Source: a virus (Duplodnaviria > Caudoviricetes). From it: DNA of 47,723 bases. The stretch spans positions 1-47,723 of IMG/VR virus record IMGVR_UViG_3300036798_000156. The stretch is one strand, 5' to 3'. Shown piece after piece: positions 8,470 through 16,497 of the stretch. The translations under genes were made by a program, and so were the position numbers. Numbering within the stretch: the first letter of the stretch is position 1; each line of letters begins with the position of its first letter. A model generated the notes under the pieces. The model did not search any database, was not told where the DNA came from, and was given only the letters and a program-made list of their open reading frames with translations.

Positions 8470-9219
8470 TTAAAATAAATCTCTCTGAGATTCAGAAGGA
8501 CGTATCAGTTTATCTGATTCGTCCTTTTTTCGTATGGTCAAACCCCACCTGTTCTTAGGTGAAGGCGCCTGATAGTCCAATTTTCCGTGGCCAGGACGCC
8601 CTGTCGCGCCCCAAGACACAAACTCGGTCTTTCTCTCCAGAGTCCACCCAGAAGCTTTGTAGATCGTTCCCTTGTGAACGGCAGTGTCCTGATAGGAAAT
8701 CAGTTTGATAACGTCAGGACGAGCTTTCCTGATCTCTTTTACCATGATTGACAGGAACCTTGAGGCCGTGTTCTTCGGAGCGTCAGGGGCGATTGCCATC
8801 CTTCGAAGCTCCAGACATCTGAACCCATCCGTAATCCTGTTGCCAGCAATTGGACACGACCAAAGAGCCACGGCATAAACTACATTCTTATGGACGACAG
8901 CATAACATGGATTACAAGCTGCCCCTCCCCAGGTAATTTCAGGCACTCTTGAGTGCCACTTTTTATTTAGTCGTCCGGCAAGTTTGTTATCACACTGAAC
9001 CACTCGGAAATCTTTGGCGCTTTCAGGCGGATCGAAAGATGCTGCCTCCAGTGGATGTAAAATTCTTTCCCCGCTGAGAGAGTCCAATTTTTCAGCCCTA
9101 TTCGGGTTTCGGTGTCTGGATTCCTTAGTTGTGCCCTCTCTCACTTCGCCGCGCGTAACAAGCAACGGCTCCGCCAACACAGGCGCGGGGAAAATTAAAT
9201 CTTGAATTTCTTTTGCCAT
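8470..9219 (-). CDS. mom: Mu Mom-like GNAT-fold DNA (adenine) modification enzyme
   Basis: LELRRMA...PKNTASRFLS...LISYQD..HKGTIYKASGW, the hallmark motif series of Mom/XF1762-type proteins. Confidence 0.8.
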   Translation of the reverse strand: MAKEIQDLIFPAPVLAEPLLVTRGEVREGTTKESRHRNPNRAEKLDSLSGERILHPLEAASFDPPESAKDFRVVQCDNKLAGRLNKKWHSRVPEITWGGAACNPCYAVVHKNVVYAVALWSCPIAGNRITDGFRCLELRRMAIAPDAPKNTASRFLSIMVKEIRKARPDVIKLISYQDTAVHKGTIYKASGWTLERKTEFVSWGATGRPGHGKLDYQAPSPKNRWGLTIRKKDESDKLIRPSESQRDLF

Positions 9220-9395
9220 TCTTCTACGAACCAGGCCGCCATCTGAAATTTGGCCTCCAGGTTTTCGTCCATGTTATCGTTGTTTTCAAGAAATTTTTTA
9301 AGTGACGGAACGTCAATGACCTCCGCTAGATCGATTAGCATACAAATATCTTCCCCTGCCCTGCCGGCTTTGGGTGTTAGGAATTGATCAGCCAT
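9195..9395 (-). CDS. hypothetical protein
   Basis: overlaps neighbours in the minus-strand operon. Confidence 0.55.
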   Translation of the reverse strand: MADQFLTPKAGRAGEDICMLIDLAEVIDVPSLKKFLENNDNMDENLEAKFQMAAWFVEEWQKKFKI

Positions 9396-9784
9396 CGCTT
9401 TGGTATGTCTTCCGGTTTAGTTTTCCACCAATCCTTATCGCAGAAACCTTTTGGCGTTTCACGAACATCAGGAGCAGGCGGCACGATAAATTTTCCGTAT
9501 GCATTCTGTCCAAGTCTGATTTCTGAAGGCCTCTTTTTTCGATACCAGTTTCGTTTTCTTCGAGTTGGTAGGGACTTCTTCACCCTGTCAGCAAGCCTTA
9601 CACGCTTGATCTCTGGATGCATCGCCCTCCATCTGTTTCTGGCCTTCTCCTGTATCTTGGCCTTGTGGCGCAGGTAAAATTGCCTTCGTTCTTCCCTACC
9701 TTTAGGAGTTGCGTTGTAAGCGTTGGCATAACACGACTTACAAACCCCATTCTTTTGCAACTGCCTATTGTGAGAACAATTCAT
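9377..9784 (-). CDS. basic Cys-containing protein (zinc finger plus helix)
   Basis: C-x-H...GVCKSCY; start moved to ATG 9784, just after the tRNA-like element. Confidence 0.55.
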   Translation of the reverse strand: MNCSHNRQLQKNGVCKSCYANAYNATPKGREERRQFYLRHKAKIQEKARNRWRAMHPEIKRVRLADRVKKSLPTRRKRNWYRKKRPSEIRLGQNAYGKFIVPPAPDVRETPKGFCDKDWWKTKPEDIPKRWLINS

Positions 9785-10151
9785 TGGAAACAGAGAGCGC
9801 CTGGGTTGGTCGTGAGCCACCATCTTCTCCCTGGAGGGGAGACAATCTACATTGATCTACAGGCGCTTTCTGTCTCCTATTTGAAATTTGTTGCTTGGGC
9901 GAGGCCCATCTGCAATTGGATGGCATGTAATGTCCGCTGGGATCAATTCTGTCCAATGTCATACCGTGAGGCCTTTCACCCATGTCGTTCAGAAAATTCG
10001 AAAAATCAAACCAACGGGCACAAACTTGTATGCCCCTGCCCCCATAATTGCAGAAATTAATATGATTCCTGCCATAACATCTGCGTTTCATTCTCTTCCA
10101 TGAATAGTAGGTTCTTGAAATAATACCTCTTCTTGCGTGTCCGTGTTTCAT
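9765..10151 (-). CDS. HNH homing endonuclease
   Basis: Y..W..M..RC...YGGRGI.VC.RW..F..F..DMG.RP....LDRID..G.Y.P.NCRWA. Confidence 0.85.
   Translation of the reverse strand: MKHGHARRGIISRTYYSWKRMKRRCYGRNHINFCNYGGRGIQVCARWFDFSNFLNDMGERPHGMTLDRIDPSGHYMPSNCRWASPKQQISNRRQKAPVDQCRLSPLQGEDGGSRPTQALSVSNELFSQ
9796..9866 (-). tRNA. atypical tRNA-Gly(UCC) embedded in the 3' end of the HNH ORF
   Basis: GCGCCTG TA GATC AATGTA GATT G TCTCC CCTCCAG GGAGA AGAT GGTGG CTCACGA CCAACC CAGGCGC T: full cloverleaf, anticodon TCC (9835-9833), G1-C72/C2-G71/G3-C70, U73. Confidence 0.75.
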
Positions 10152-11821
10152 ACTTGTTCTGTAATTATCATTCTAGCACCATCGAAGTTAAATGCAACCA
10201 AATGTCCACTTGATCCGCTGGTATTTTTTAGAACCTCAATATCGATTATAGCAGGATCGGGGCGTGACATTCCAAGCACCAGGTTTGATGAATTCTCCAG
10301 TGAGCCGGAATCTTTCGCGTCAAATAGAGTTGGACGAAACGTTGCCATCTTCTTACCCTTCTCATGATCAGGCCTGGGCACTTGGCTGGCCATAATAAGA
10401 ATTGTATTTGTCCTCTTGGCTATGATCTTCAACTGCTCGGCGTTGTCCGACAGGGCCTCGTATCGTTTCCGCCCACCCTTATGCATTAAGCCAACGTAAT
10501 CAACAAAAACCAGAGACGGCCTTTCCCCGAAAAGTAATTCACTCCTGTCAATGTAGTTTTCGATTTGATCAGGGGTGATTCCGCTCTCCGGACACACCAG
10601 GATATTTTTCAGGTCGTGAAAGGTTTGGGCATACTTTTCGGTGCCCTCCTTGTATTCACCCTCCACATCTCTGGCGTAACACTTCAACTGCATCTGGGCA
10701 AACCTCTCATACATTTTTCCGAGAGGCAACTCAAGCTCAAAGAAAACCGTTTTCAAGTCCGTGGCCTTTGCTATGGTCTGAAGGAAGGCGGTCTTTCCAA
10801 TTCCTGTTGTGGCCAATACAAGAATTAGCTCACCTGGCACACACTTCTCAACGAAACCTCCAAGTATCGGCATGAAGTCGCTAAATCGTAACACCTGCTT
10901 GGCTCTCTTTTGAATCTCATGACGATATACTTCCTCCATCTGCTCGATGCTATAAAGGGGAGCAGGCTTGAGAGTGTGGGGCGTGGATTCAATAGCCTTG
11001 TTAAGGTGAAATGACGCATTGGCAATGTCCGAGCCTGGATGATTAATAAAGTCAAACAGGTCTTTATGAGGGGCAAGGTTGAGTCTCTTGATAGAGCCTG
11101 CCTTATCCCTGATAGACGCATAAACATCATCACCATATTTCTTTCCGGCTGGGTCGTTATGCTCAATAATGATAACGTCTTTGCCCTTAAAGAAGTCGCC
11201 ATAAGCCGAGAGCCATCCGCTTGACCCGCCTGAGCAACACGTAGCTACAAGTCCCATTGACTCTGCCGCCATAACATCTTTTTCTCCTTCGCAGATGATA
11301 ACAGACTTGGCTTCTACGAGCCTAGGCAAGCGAAAGGGAACCCTGGTTACGTTCTCCAGATTCCAAACAAGTCCTTCCTCTCTGTGATGACGTTGCCGGA
11401 ACGATTTTGGTTCATATCGGCAAACCTCATAGAGGAGGTTGCCGTTTTCATCCGTGTAAGGATAAATAGCTGTTGGTTCGCTTAGGTCAAGTTTCTTCGG
11501 TTCGGGATGGTTACTCATATGTTCTCTTGTGAAATCCTTGATACCATATCCGCCTTCGAATCCGAAGCTTTTCATAACGTCAAGTGAAGATTGTCCAGTC
11601 TCAATCATTTCCCAATCTATAATCGACCCACCCTGATGGCAGTCGTTACAGAACCAGATGTTTCGATCCGGGTCGATGCTCACGCAGAAGTGGCCTTTTT
11701 TATGCTCCACTACTGGGCACATATTTGTGGCGAATTGTTTTCCTGATCGCCTCAGGGTCGCGCCCTTGTTTTCTAAATAGGATTGCAGGGGGTTATTTCG
11801 GATTATTTCGTCTCTGGTCAT
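10148..11821 (-). CDS. primase-helicase (CHC2 zinc finger, TOPRIM, DnaB-like helicase)
   Basis: CP..H...WFCNDC; ICEGEKD and HND; Walker A ATTGIGKT, FELE, VDYVGL, ASQ. Confidence 0.9.
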   Translation of the reverse strand: MTRDEIIRNNPLQSYLENKGATLRRSGKQFATNMCPVVEHKKGHFCVSIDPDRNIWFCNDCHQGGSIIDWEMIETGQSSLDVMKSFGFEGGYGIKDFTREHMSNHPEPKKLDLSEPTAIYPYTDENGNLLYEVCRYEPKSFRQRHHREEGLVWNLENVTRVPFRLPRLVEAKSVIICEGEKDVMAAESMGLVATCCSGGSSGWLSAYGDFFKGKDVIIIEHNDPAGKKYGDDVYASIRDKAGSIKRLNLAPHKDLFDFINHPGSDIANASFHLNKAIESTPHTLKPAPLYSIEQMEEVYRHEIQKRAKQVLRFSDFMPILGGFVEKCVPGELILVLATTGIGKTAFLQTIAKATDLKTVFFELELPLGKMYERFAQMQLKCYARDVEGEYKEGTEKYAQTFHDLKNILVCPESGITPDQIENYIDRSELLFGERPSLVFVDYVGLMHKGGRKRYEALSDNAEQLKIIAKRTNTILIMASQVPRPDHEKGKKMATFRPTLFDAKDSGSLENSSNLVLGMSRPDPAIIDIEVLKNTSGSSGHLVAFNFDGARMIITEQV

Positions 11822-11975
11822 GTAGTTTCTCTTCGATCTTCTGTAATGTTTCTCTGTAAAGGTCGTCGCCCAGAAGTTGGCGATTGAACCCAAAAATGTA
11901 TGTCCGTTGATCGTGGTCTAGGAAGTGGTGAATCTCTTCCCGGCCGCGGTTTGAAATCCAAATCTCCACCATCAT
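11793..11975 (-). CDS. hypothetical protein
   Basis: ATG 11975 overlaps the initiator stop (ATGA). Confidence 0.5.
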   Translation of the reverse strand: MMVEIWISNRGREEIHHFLDHDQRTYIFGFNRQLLGDDLYRETLQKIEEKLHDQRRNNPK

Positions 11976-12598
11976 ATATTGAGCTTGAAGCCACCCTCGT
12001 CCGGGTTCCATTCTTCCTCCGATAATGTGTAACAACTTTGATTCATCCAGCTAGATATTAATTTGATAAAACGCGGAGCAATTTCACGGGTGCACTTGGT
12101 AAAGGCCTTCACCTTCGATAGCATTTCTTCGGCAGTAAGTCCACTTTTTTTAATGGCTTTTTCTATCACATTGTAGGCTACATCTTGTGATTCTCTCCTG
12201 CCTTTTGGATAGGCCTGCCAGATTTCATAAAGTAAAGGGGAGGGGGTTACCGGTTCTTTGGTGGTTCTGGGAGACCTGGTGGTTAGTGTCTCAATTTGAG
12301 ACATGGTGCCATGTCCCTTTTTGAGACATGGTATGTCATTTAAAGGCAGGTGGTAAATGTTGGAAATCTTGCCTTTGTATTCCCTATTTTCGATTTTTAA
12401 AAATCCAAGGCGTTCCAGGGTTTGTATGTGGCGATTGACTGTTTGCCTTTGCAGATTGGTATGTTTTGCTATTGTTGACTGTGACGGCCAGCATTCCCCT
12501 TCGTCATTTGCATTGTCGGCGATTTTTACTAAAACAAATTTAGCGTTGGATGGTGAAACATCCTGCCGAAACGCCCAATCAATTGCCCTTATGCTCAT
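11972..12598 (-). CDS. phage replication initiator with an N-terminal winged HTH
   Basis: MS..A..WA...K.VL..IAD.AN..G.CWPS..TIA......TV...I..L...G; C-terminal W..YPK...W.N domain. Confidence 0.8.
   Translation of the reverse strand: MSIRAIDWAFRQDVSPSNAKFVLVKIADNANDEGECWPSQSTIAKHTNLQRQTVNRHIQTLERLGFLKIENREYKGKISNIYHLPLNDIPCLKKGHGTMSQIETLTTRSPRTTKEPVTPSPLLYEIWQAYPKGRRESQDVAYNVIEKAIKKSGLTAEEMLSKVKAFTKCTREIAPRFIKLISSWMNQSCYTLSEEEWNPDEGGFKLNI
12287..12332. repeat. iteron-like repeats, candidate origin inside the initiator gene
   Basis: TTTGAGACATGGT at 12295 and 12320; palindrome TGTCTCAA-T-TTGAGACA 12287-12303. Confidence 0.45.
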
Positions 12599-12767
12599 TC
12601 CTAAAGAATTTAGTGAACGTTTCCTCCCAGCAATCCCATATCATATTACTAAGCAAGACAAGCTTATCTAGTTGATAGCCTTCGGGCATTAATTCTTGCA
12701 TTTCAGAAAGGGCTGACCTGGCCTTTTCATACGCATCGCCGATTTTATCGATTTGTTCTTTGGTCAC
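12579..12767 (-). CDS. hypothetical protein, first gene of the leftward operon
   Basis: GTG start; overlaps the initiator start. Confidence 0.55.
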   Translation of the reverse strand: MTKEQIDKIGDAYEKARSALSEMQELMPEGYQLDKLVLLSNMIWDCWEETFTKFFRNEHKGN

Positions 12768-12778
12768 AGAGGACTGAT

Positions 12779-12861
12779 TACTTACTGCCGTTTTCCGTTT
12801 TTGTCAACATTCAAATTGTCACAGATTGGAAATTTGACCGTTACAAAAACGGTGCCAGATT
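12779..12861. promoter_or_regulatory. divergent promoter region
   Basis: (+) TTGACC 12834-N16-CAGATT 12856; (-) TTGACA 12807-12802 with a weak -10. Confidence 0.5.
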
Positions 12862-12868
12862 TGGTAAC

Positions 12869-12941
12869 AGCAGGGTGGAGCAGTGGTAGCTCGCCTGGCT
12901 CATAACCAGGAGGCCGCGGGTTCGATTCGCCGCCCCTGCCA
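12869..12941 (+). tRNA. tRNA-Met(CAT), initiator-like
   Basis: cloverleaf; anticodon 12901-12903; unpaired A1/C72, A11-U24; one extra G in the T-stem; no encoded CCA. Confidence 0.85.
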
Positions 12942-12994
12942 CTTTTATGAAACTCAACAATCCACCGCGACCATCGCAACTTTCTGGGTTCTCC

Positions 12995-13067
12995 CGGGCA
13001 GTAGCGCAGTGGTCAGCGTGTGCGCCTTGGAAGCGCGAGGTCGTGGGTTCGAATCCCGCCTGCCCGA
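12995..13067 (+). tRNA. tRNA-Pro(TGG)
   Basis: CGGGCAG/CTGCCCG acceptor, loop CTTGGAA, GGTTCGAATCC, A73. Confidence 0.9.
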
Positions 13068-13086
13068 GCGAGTCCAGAAAATAATT

Positions 13087-13263
13087 ATGGAAAGAATATA
13101 CTGGTCAAAATTTGTTCCCACGGACGCCTTCGAAGATATGCAACTAACTCTTCAAAGAAACGGATACCATCTCGTAGCAAAGTTCGACAAAACGAGAAAA
13201 GCTACGGACGTTTACATAGTGAAGTTGCCTGAAGGTCAAAGATTTGCCGCCCCCATTAAATAA
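13087..13263 (+). CDS. hypothetical protein
   Basis: ATG 13087 after the tRNA; TAATG overlap with the next gene. Confidence 0.55.
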   Translation: MERIYWSKFVPTDAFEDMQLTLQRNGYHLVAKFDKTRKATDVYIVKLPEGQRFAAPIK

Positions 13264-13463
13264 TGCAGGTCGTTCAGAATCCTCACGTTGCGCTCAACAA
13301 CGCCAGAGAGGAAGCAAGACAAGACCTGTTCAGGTCGATATCGCATCCAGTTTCAAGGTTCTGCCCCATCTGTGGAAGGGAGATCGAATTTCAAAAAGCC
13401 AAGTGGATTTGTAATTCTAGAAAATGTAAGGGTCGCGTGATCGAAAATTGCTGCGGAGACTAA
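13263..13463 (+). CDS. zinc-ribbon protein
   Basis: CPICG...WIC....C. Confidence 0.6.
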   Translation: MQVVQNPHVALNNAREEARQDLFRSISHPVSRFCPICGREIEFQKAKWICNSRKCKGRVIENCCGD

Positions 13464-15292
13464 TGCTCAACCGAAAACAGATCATAGAACTTCACAGGAT
13501 GGTCGATAAGTCTCGACCAGAAACCTACATTCCCGCTGCCGAGCTTTTGATAAAGCTGACCGGCCTTAGCGCCAAGCAACGTAAGTTACTGACCCTCACG
13601 CCCGAGACCGCAATTCAAATCCTGCAAGGATTGTATCAGTCGTTTCTTGAGGAAGAAAAATACATCGAGGCTGCCCTACTGGCATGGGGACCGGACGTGT
13701 TCAATCCAGAACCCCCAGAGGTTCAGAGAATGTTCTCGGCCTATCACGAAGACCATTTTGTTTTAGTAATGGGCGCTGGCGGACTTGGAAAATCCTACTC
13801 AACGATTGCCTGGATTTTGATGGATTGGTCGCGTGATCCGGAAAATACGAACTGGAAATTGATTTCCACTTCAGAGGCCCACGCACGATCAAACACCTGG
13901 TCGACACTTTGCTCACTTCATGCTTCCTCAATAATCCCAATGCCAGGAAAACCTCAGACGGATTTCTTGGGCCTGTCCAACACGGATCGGCAAGCCGCAA
14001 TTGCTATCGTGAAGATTCCCACCGGCGACGACGGCAAAGCACGACTTCAGGGATTTCACCCTCTTCCTAGAAAAGTTCCCCACGCCAGATTTGGAAAAAT
14101 GACGAGGGTGGGCGCCTTCATAGACGAAGCTGAAAAAGTTCCAGTTGGTGTATGGGTGGGCGAGGACAACATGCAAACGTCCATGACCGCCGAAGGTCAC
14201 GTAAAAGTTTTCGCAGTCACCAACCCTGACGACATCAGTTCCATTTTCGCGCTCAAGGCAGAACCCGAAGAAGGGTGGCAGGATTTTGATCCAGACAAAG
14301 ATTTCGATTGGAGGTCAGCGAAAGATTACCGAGTCTTACGACTTGACGCGAAATATTCAACCAACGTAAAAAAGAAAACCGAGATGTTCCCCGGAATGCA
14401 AACGTGGGAAGGCTATGCAAAGCTGGAGAACCAAGGCATTCATTCCAGGTCATACTGGACTTTCGGAAGGGGTTGTTACCCAATTGCAAATGTTGAATAC
14501 AATATAATTCCGGCTGCATTTATTCGAGGGGCTTCAGGGAATTTTCACTGGTTGCAAGCCCCGACTAATGTGGCCAGCTTCGACGGCGCCTTCGCTGATG
14601 GCGGAGACGATCCTACTGTAACTACAGGTCGATATGGATTGGCGATCAAAGATGGCAAAGCCAGGCCATGTCTCCTGGCAGAACAGCAATTCAACCTGAT
14701 TAAAAAGAATTCTATGGACATGCTTGACGACCTAATGAAGATGCTTTCTCCGCCGAACCTTTATGTCAGGCCCGAGCATTTCATCATGGACAAAACCGGA
14801 AACGGATTGGTGTTTCATGATGCTATGAAGAAAAAATTTGGAGACATACGGGGAATTGCCTGGTCAGAAAAACCTACCACAAGGAAGATTCTCGAAGAGG
14901 ATACGATGACCGCCGAGGAGCAGTTCAAGGACATCATTTCAGAAATGTGGTGGTCTGCATCTCGGTGGCTAGAATTTGGATATCTAAAGTTTGCCCCCAC
15001 GATGCCCACTCAGGAAGTGTTTATGGAACTAACCTCCAGAAAGTATGGCAGGTTTCGCAAAACCGAAACCAAGGCCGAATACAAGAAACGAACCAAGCGA
15101 AACTCACCCGACAAGGCAGATTCTCTAATCATGCTTGTGCATCTCTGCCGAATCCTGAACACCTATGGGCGTCCAGAAATGATCACGGTTCCCACTCGAC
15201 AGTCGGTCGCGGATTGGACTACAGGCGAACCCGTCGAACCTCAGGGTGACGTGGTTCAGATGATAGATTTTGAAGATGAAGCTTGGCGATAG
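13463..15292 (+). CDS. terL: terminase large subunit
   Basis: Walker A GAGGLGKS, Walker B FIDEAE, coupling motif VTNP, RNase H-type SFDGA...DD and SPDKADS. Confidence 0.9.
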   Translation: MLNRKQIIELHRMVDKSRPETYIPAAELLIKLTGLSAKQRKLLTLTPETAIQILQGLYQSFLEEEKYIEAALLAWGPDVFNPEPPEVQRMFSAYHEDHFVLVMGAGGLGKSYSTIAWILMDWSRDPENTNWKLISTSEAHARSNTWSTLCSLHASSIIPMPGKPQTDFLGLSNTDRQAAIAIVKIPTGDDGKARLQGFHPLPRKVPHARFGKMTRVGAFIDEAEKVPVGVWVGEDNMQTSMTAEGHVKVFAVTNPDDISSIFALKAEPEEGWQDFDPDKDFDWRSAKDYRVLRLDAKYSTNVKKKTEMFPGMQTWEGYAKLENQGIHSRSYWTFGRGCYPIANVEYNIIPAAFIRGASGNFHWLQAPTNVASFDGAFADGGDDPTVTTGRYGLAIKDGKARPCLLAEQQFNLIKKNSMDMLDDLMKMLSPPNLYVRPEHFIMDKTGNGLVFHDAMKKKFGDIRGIAWSEKPTTRKILEEDTMTAEEQFKDIISEMWWSASRWLEFGYLKFAPTMPTQEVFMELTSRKYGRFRKTETKAEYKKRTKRNSPDKADSLIMLVHLCRILNTYGRPEMITVPTRQSVADWTTGEPVEPQGDVVQMIDFEDEAWR

Positions 15293-15536
15293 AAATTGGC
15301 AGCACCCTGAACACGTCAAGGGAATTAAGCCTCAAAAGATTTTCGACAACATAGTTCTTGGCGATCTGACGGACAGGCAGATAGACAAATACGAAAAGAT
15401 GGGACTGTATTCGAGTAGGAGATATTATCGTAAAGAGCTTAAAAAGCTACAGATGGAAAAAGCACTGTTCGCTAAGAAAGAGAAAAGGTTGATTTACAAC
15501 ATCGAGACCCAGGAGTTTGAGCTTCGTGAATTTTGA
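15276..15536 (+). CDS. hypothetical protein
   Basis: overlaps the terminase end. Confidence 0.55.
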   Translation: MKLGDRNWQHPEHVKGIKPQKIFDNIVLGDLTDRQIDKYEKMGLYSSRRYYRKELKKLQMEKALFAKKEKRLIYNIETQEFELREF

Positions 15537-15560
15537 CAAACTCAAATGCCCCGGTAGGTT
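15533..15560 (+). promoter_or_regulatory. promoter TTGACA-N16-TAGGTT
   Basis: consensus -35; ATG at 15569. Confidence 0.55.
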
Positions 15561-15568
15561 GCACGATC

Positions 15569-15709
15569 ATGGCACAGGAAGATAAAAAAATGGAAAAGAA
15601 GATTGTCCCTGTGCCACTTCACGCGGGTCACAACCCACATGAGGTAGTCCTCACAAATAAGGAATACAGAAAACTCTTCAAGGAAATATTGCCAGATTGG
15701 AATGAATAA
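15569..15709 (+). CDS. 46-aa micro-ORF
   Basis: own translation MAQEDKK...PDWNE. Confidence 0.5.
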   Translation: MAQEDKKMEKKIVPVPLHAGHNPHEVVLTNKEYRKLFKEILPDWNE

Positions 15710-15711
15710 TT

Positions 15712-15816
15712 ATGGATAAACATGGCGCACATCACGTAATCGTAGCAGGCGAAATCGTAGCTTTACCAACTTCGATTTTAACAATTTCCAGTAATGGAAC
15801 AGTCCTGAAATACTAA
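15712..15816 (+). CDS. 34-aa micro-ORF ending TVLKY
   Basis: own translation; TAATG coupling to the next ORF. Confidence 0.5.
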   Translation: MDKHGAHHVIVAGEIVALPTSILTISSNGTVLKY

Positions 15817-15923
15817 TGCTACCTCAAAACCAAATCTACCCTCGCGTTACAACCGCGGCTGATGTAGCAGGTCGAGCAACGACTGGTGGTAATTTTGGAA
15901 TTTCAACAGTTTCACCTTACTAA
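15816..15923 (+). CDS. 35-aa micro-ORF ending TVSPY
   Basis: own translation; tightly packed. Confidence 0.55.
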   Translation: MLPQNQIYPRVTTAADVAGRATTGGNFGISTVSPY

Positions 15924-15924
15924 C

Positions 15925-16068
15925 ATGCCAGACGATACAGTTCAACCAGATCAATCTAACGTGTCACTTGGGGCGGTCCCGCCAGAGACTAATACAGATT
16001 TATCAACCACCAACGCAGAAACAGACCAGAGCCAACTAATTCCAATGGCCACAGTTCAACCCTATTAA
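15925..16068 (+). CDS. 47-aa micro-ORF ending TVQPY
   Basis: ATG 15925, 1 nt after the previous stop. Confidence 0.55.
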   Translation: MPDDTVQPDQSNVSLGAVPPETNTDLSTTNAETDQSQLIPMATVQPY

Positions 16069-16069
16069 A

Positions 16070-16297
16070 ATGAAAAACACAACCAAATCAATCCTATTCT
16101 CACTCATCCTTGCCCTTGCAATTGGCATCGGTCTTTCAATGCCAACACAAAACCGCACCCGCGACATACCATTGGCTCAAATCCAAACTTCCGGATCACA
16201 CACCTGGGCGGTTGCGCCAGTGCAGGATCGTAGTTGGTGCGTCGAGATGGTCGACCCAACAGCCATTGAAGCCGTCGCGTCAATTCGGCTAGAGTAA
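16070..16297 (+). CDS. small exported/membrane protein
   Basis: N-terminal hydrophobic segment. Confidence 0.55.
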   Translation: MKNTTKSILFSLILALAIGIGLSMPTQNRTRDIPLAQIQTSGSHTWAVAPVQDRSWCVEMVDPTAIEAVASIRLE

Positions 16298-16300
16298 TTT

Positions 16301-16492
16301 ATGTCAGACGAAAAACAAGATAGCGAACAACTAACTCCCGTGTTTAATCCGGCGCCAGAGATTGAATCTCCGGAGACGGAGGAAGGACAGGAGTTTCAGA
16401 GGGACGTTCACACACGGCCAGGAAGTAAATTCCGAGGCAGTCCTCCTGCTGAAGTTGTTCCGCCAGGTAAGCGTTCAGGCGTTTACTCTTAA
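16301..16492 (+). CDS. hypothetical protein
   Basis: operonic ORF. Confidence 0.55.
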   Translation: MSDEKQDSEQLTPVFNPAPEIESPETEEGQEFQRDVHTRPGSKFRGSPPAEVVPPGKRSGVYS

Positions 16493-16497
16493 GTCCC

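Noticed and set aside
9796-9866. Treating the HNH C-terminal tail and the 9823 start as ordinary protein sequence
   Set aside because: The HNH domain ends at about NRRQ; the tail is read-through across the tRNA-like element, and the next gene more plausibly starts at 9784
12782-13232. ORFs 12782-12979, 12883-13086 and 13020-13232
   Set aside because: They overlap the tRNA genes and are spurious translations
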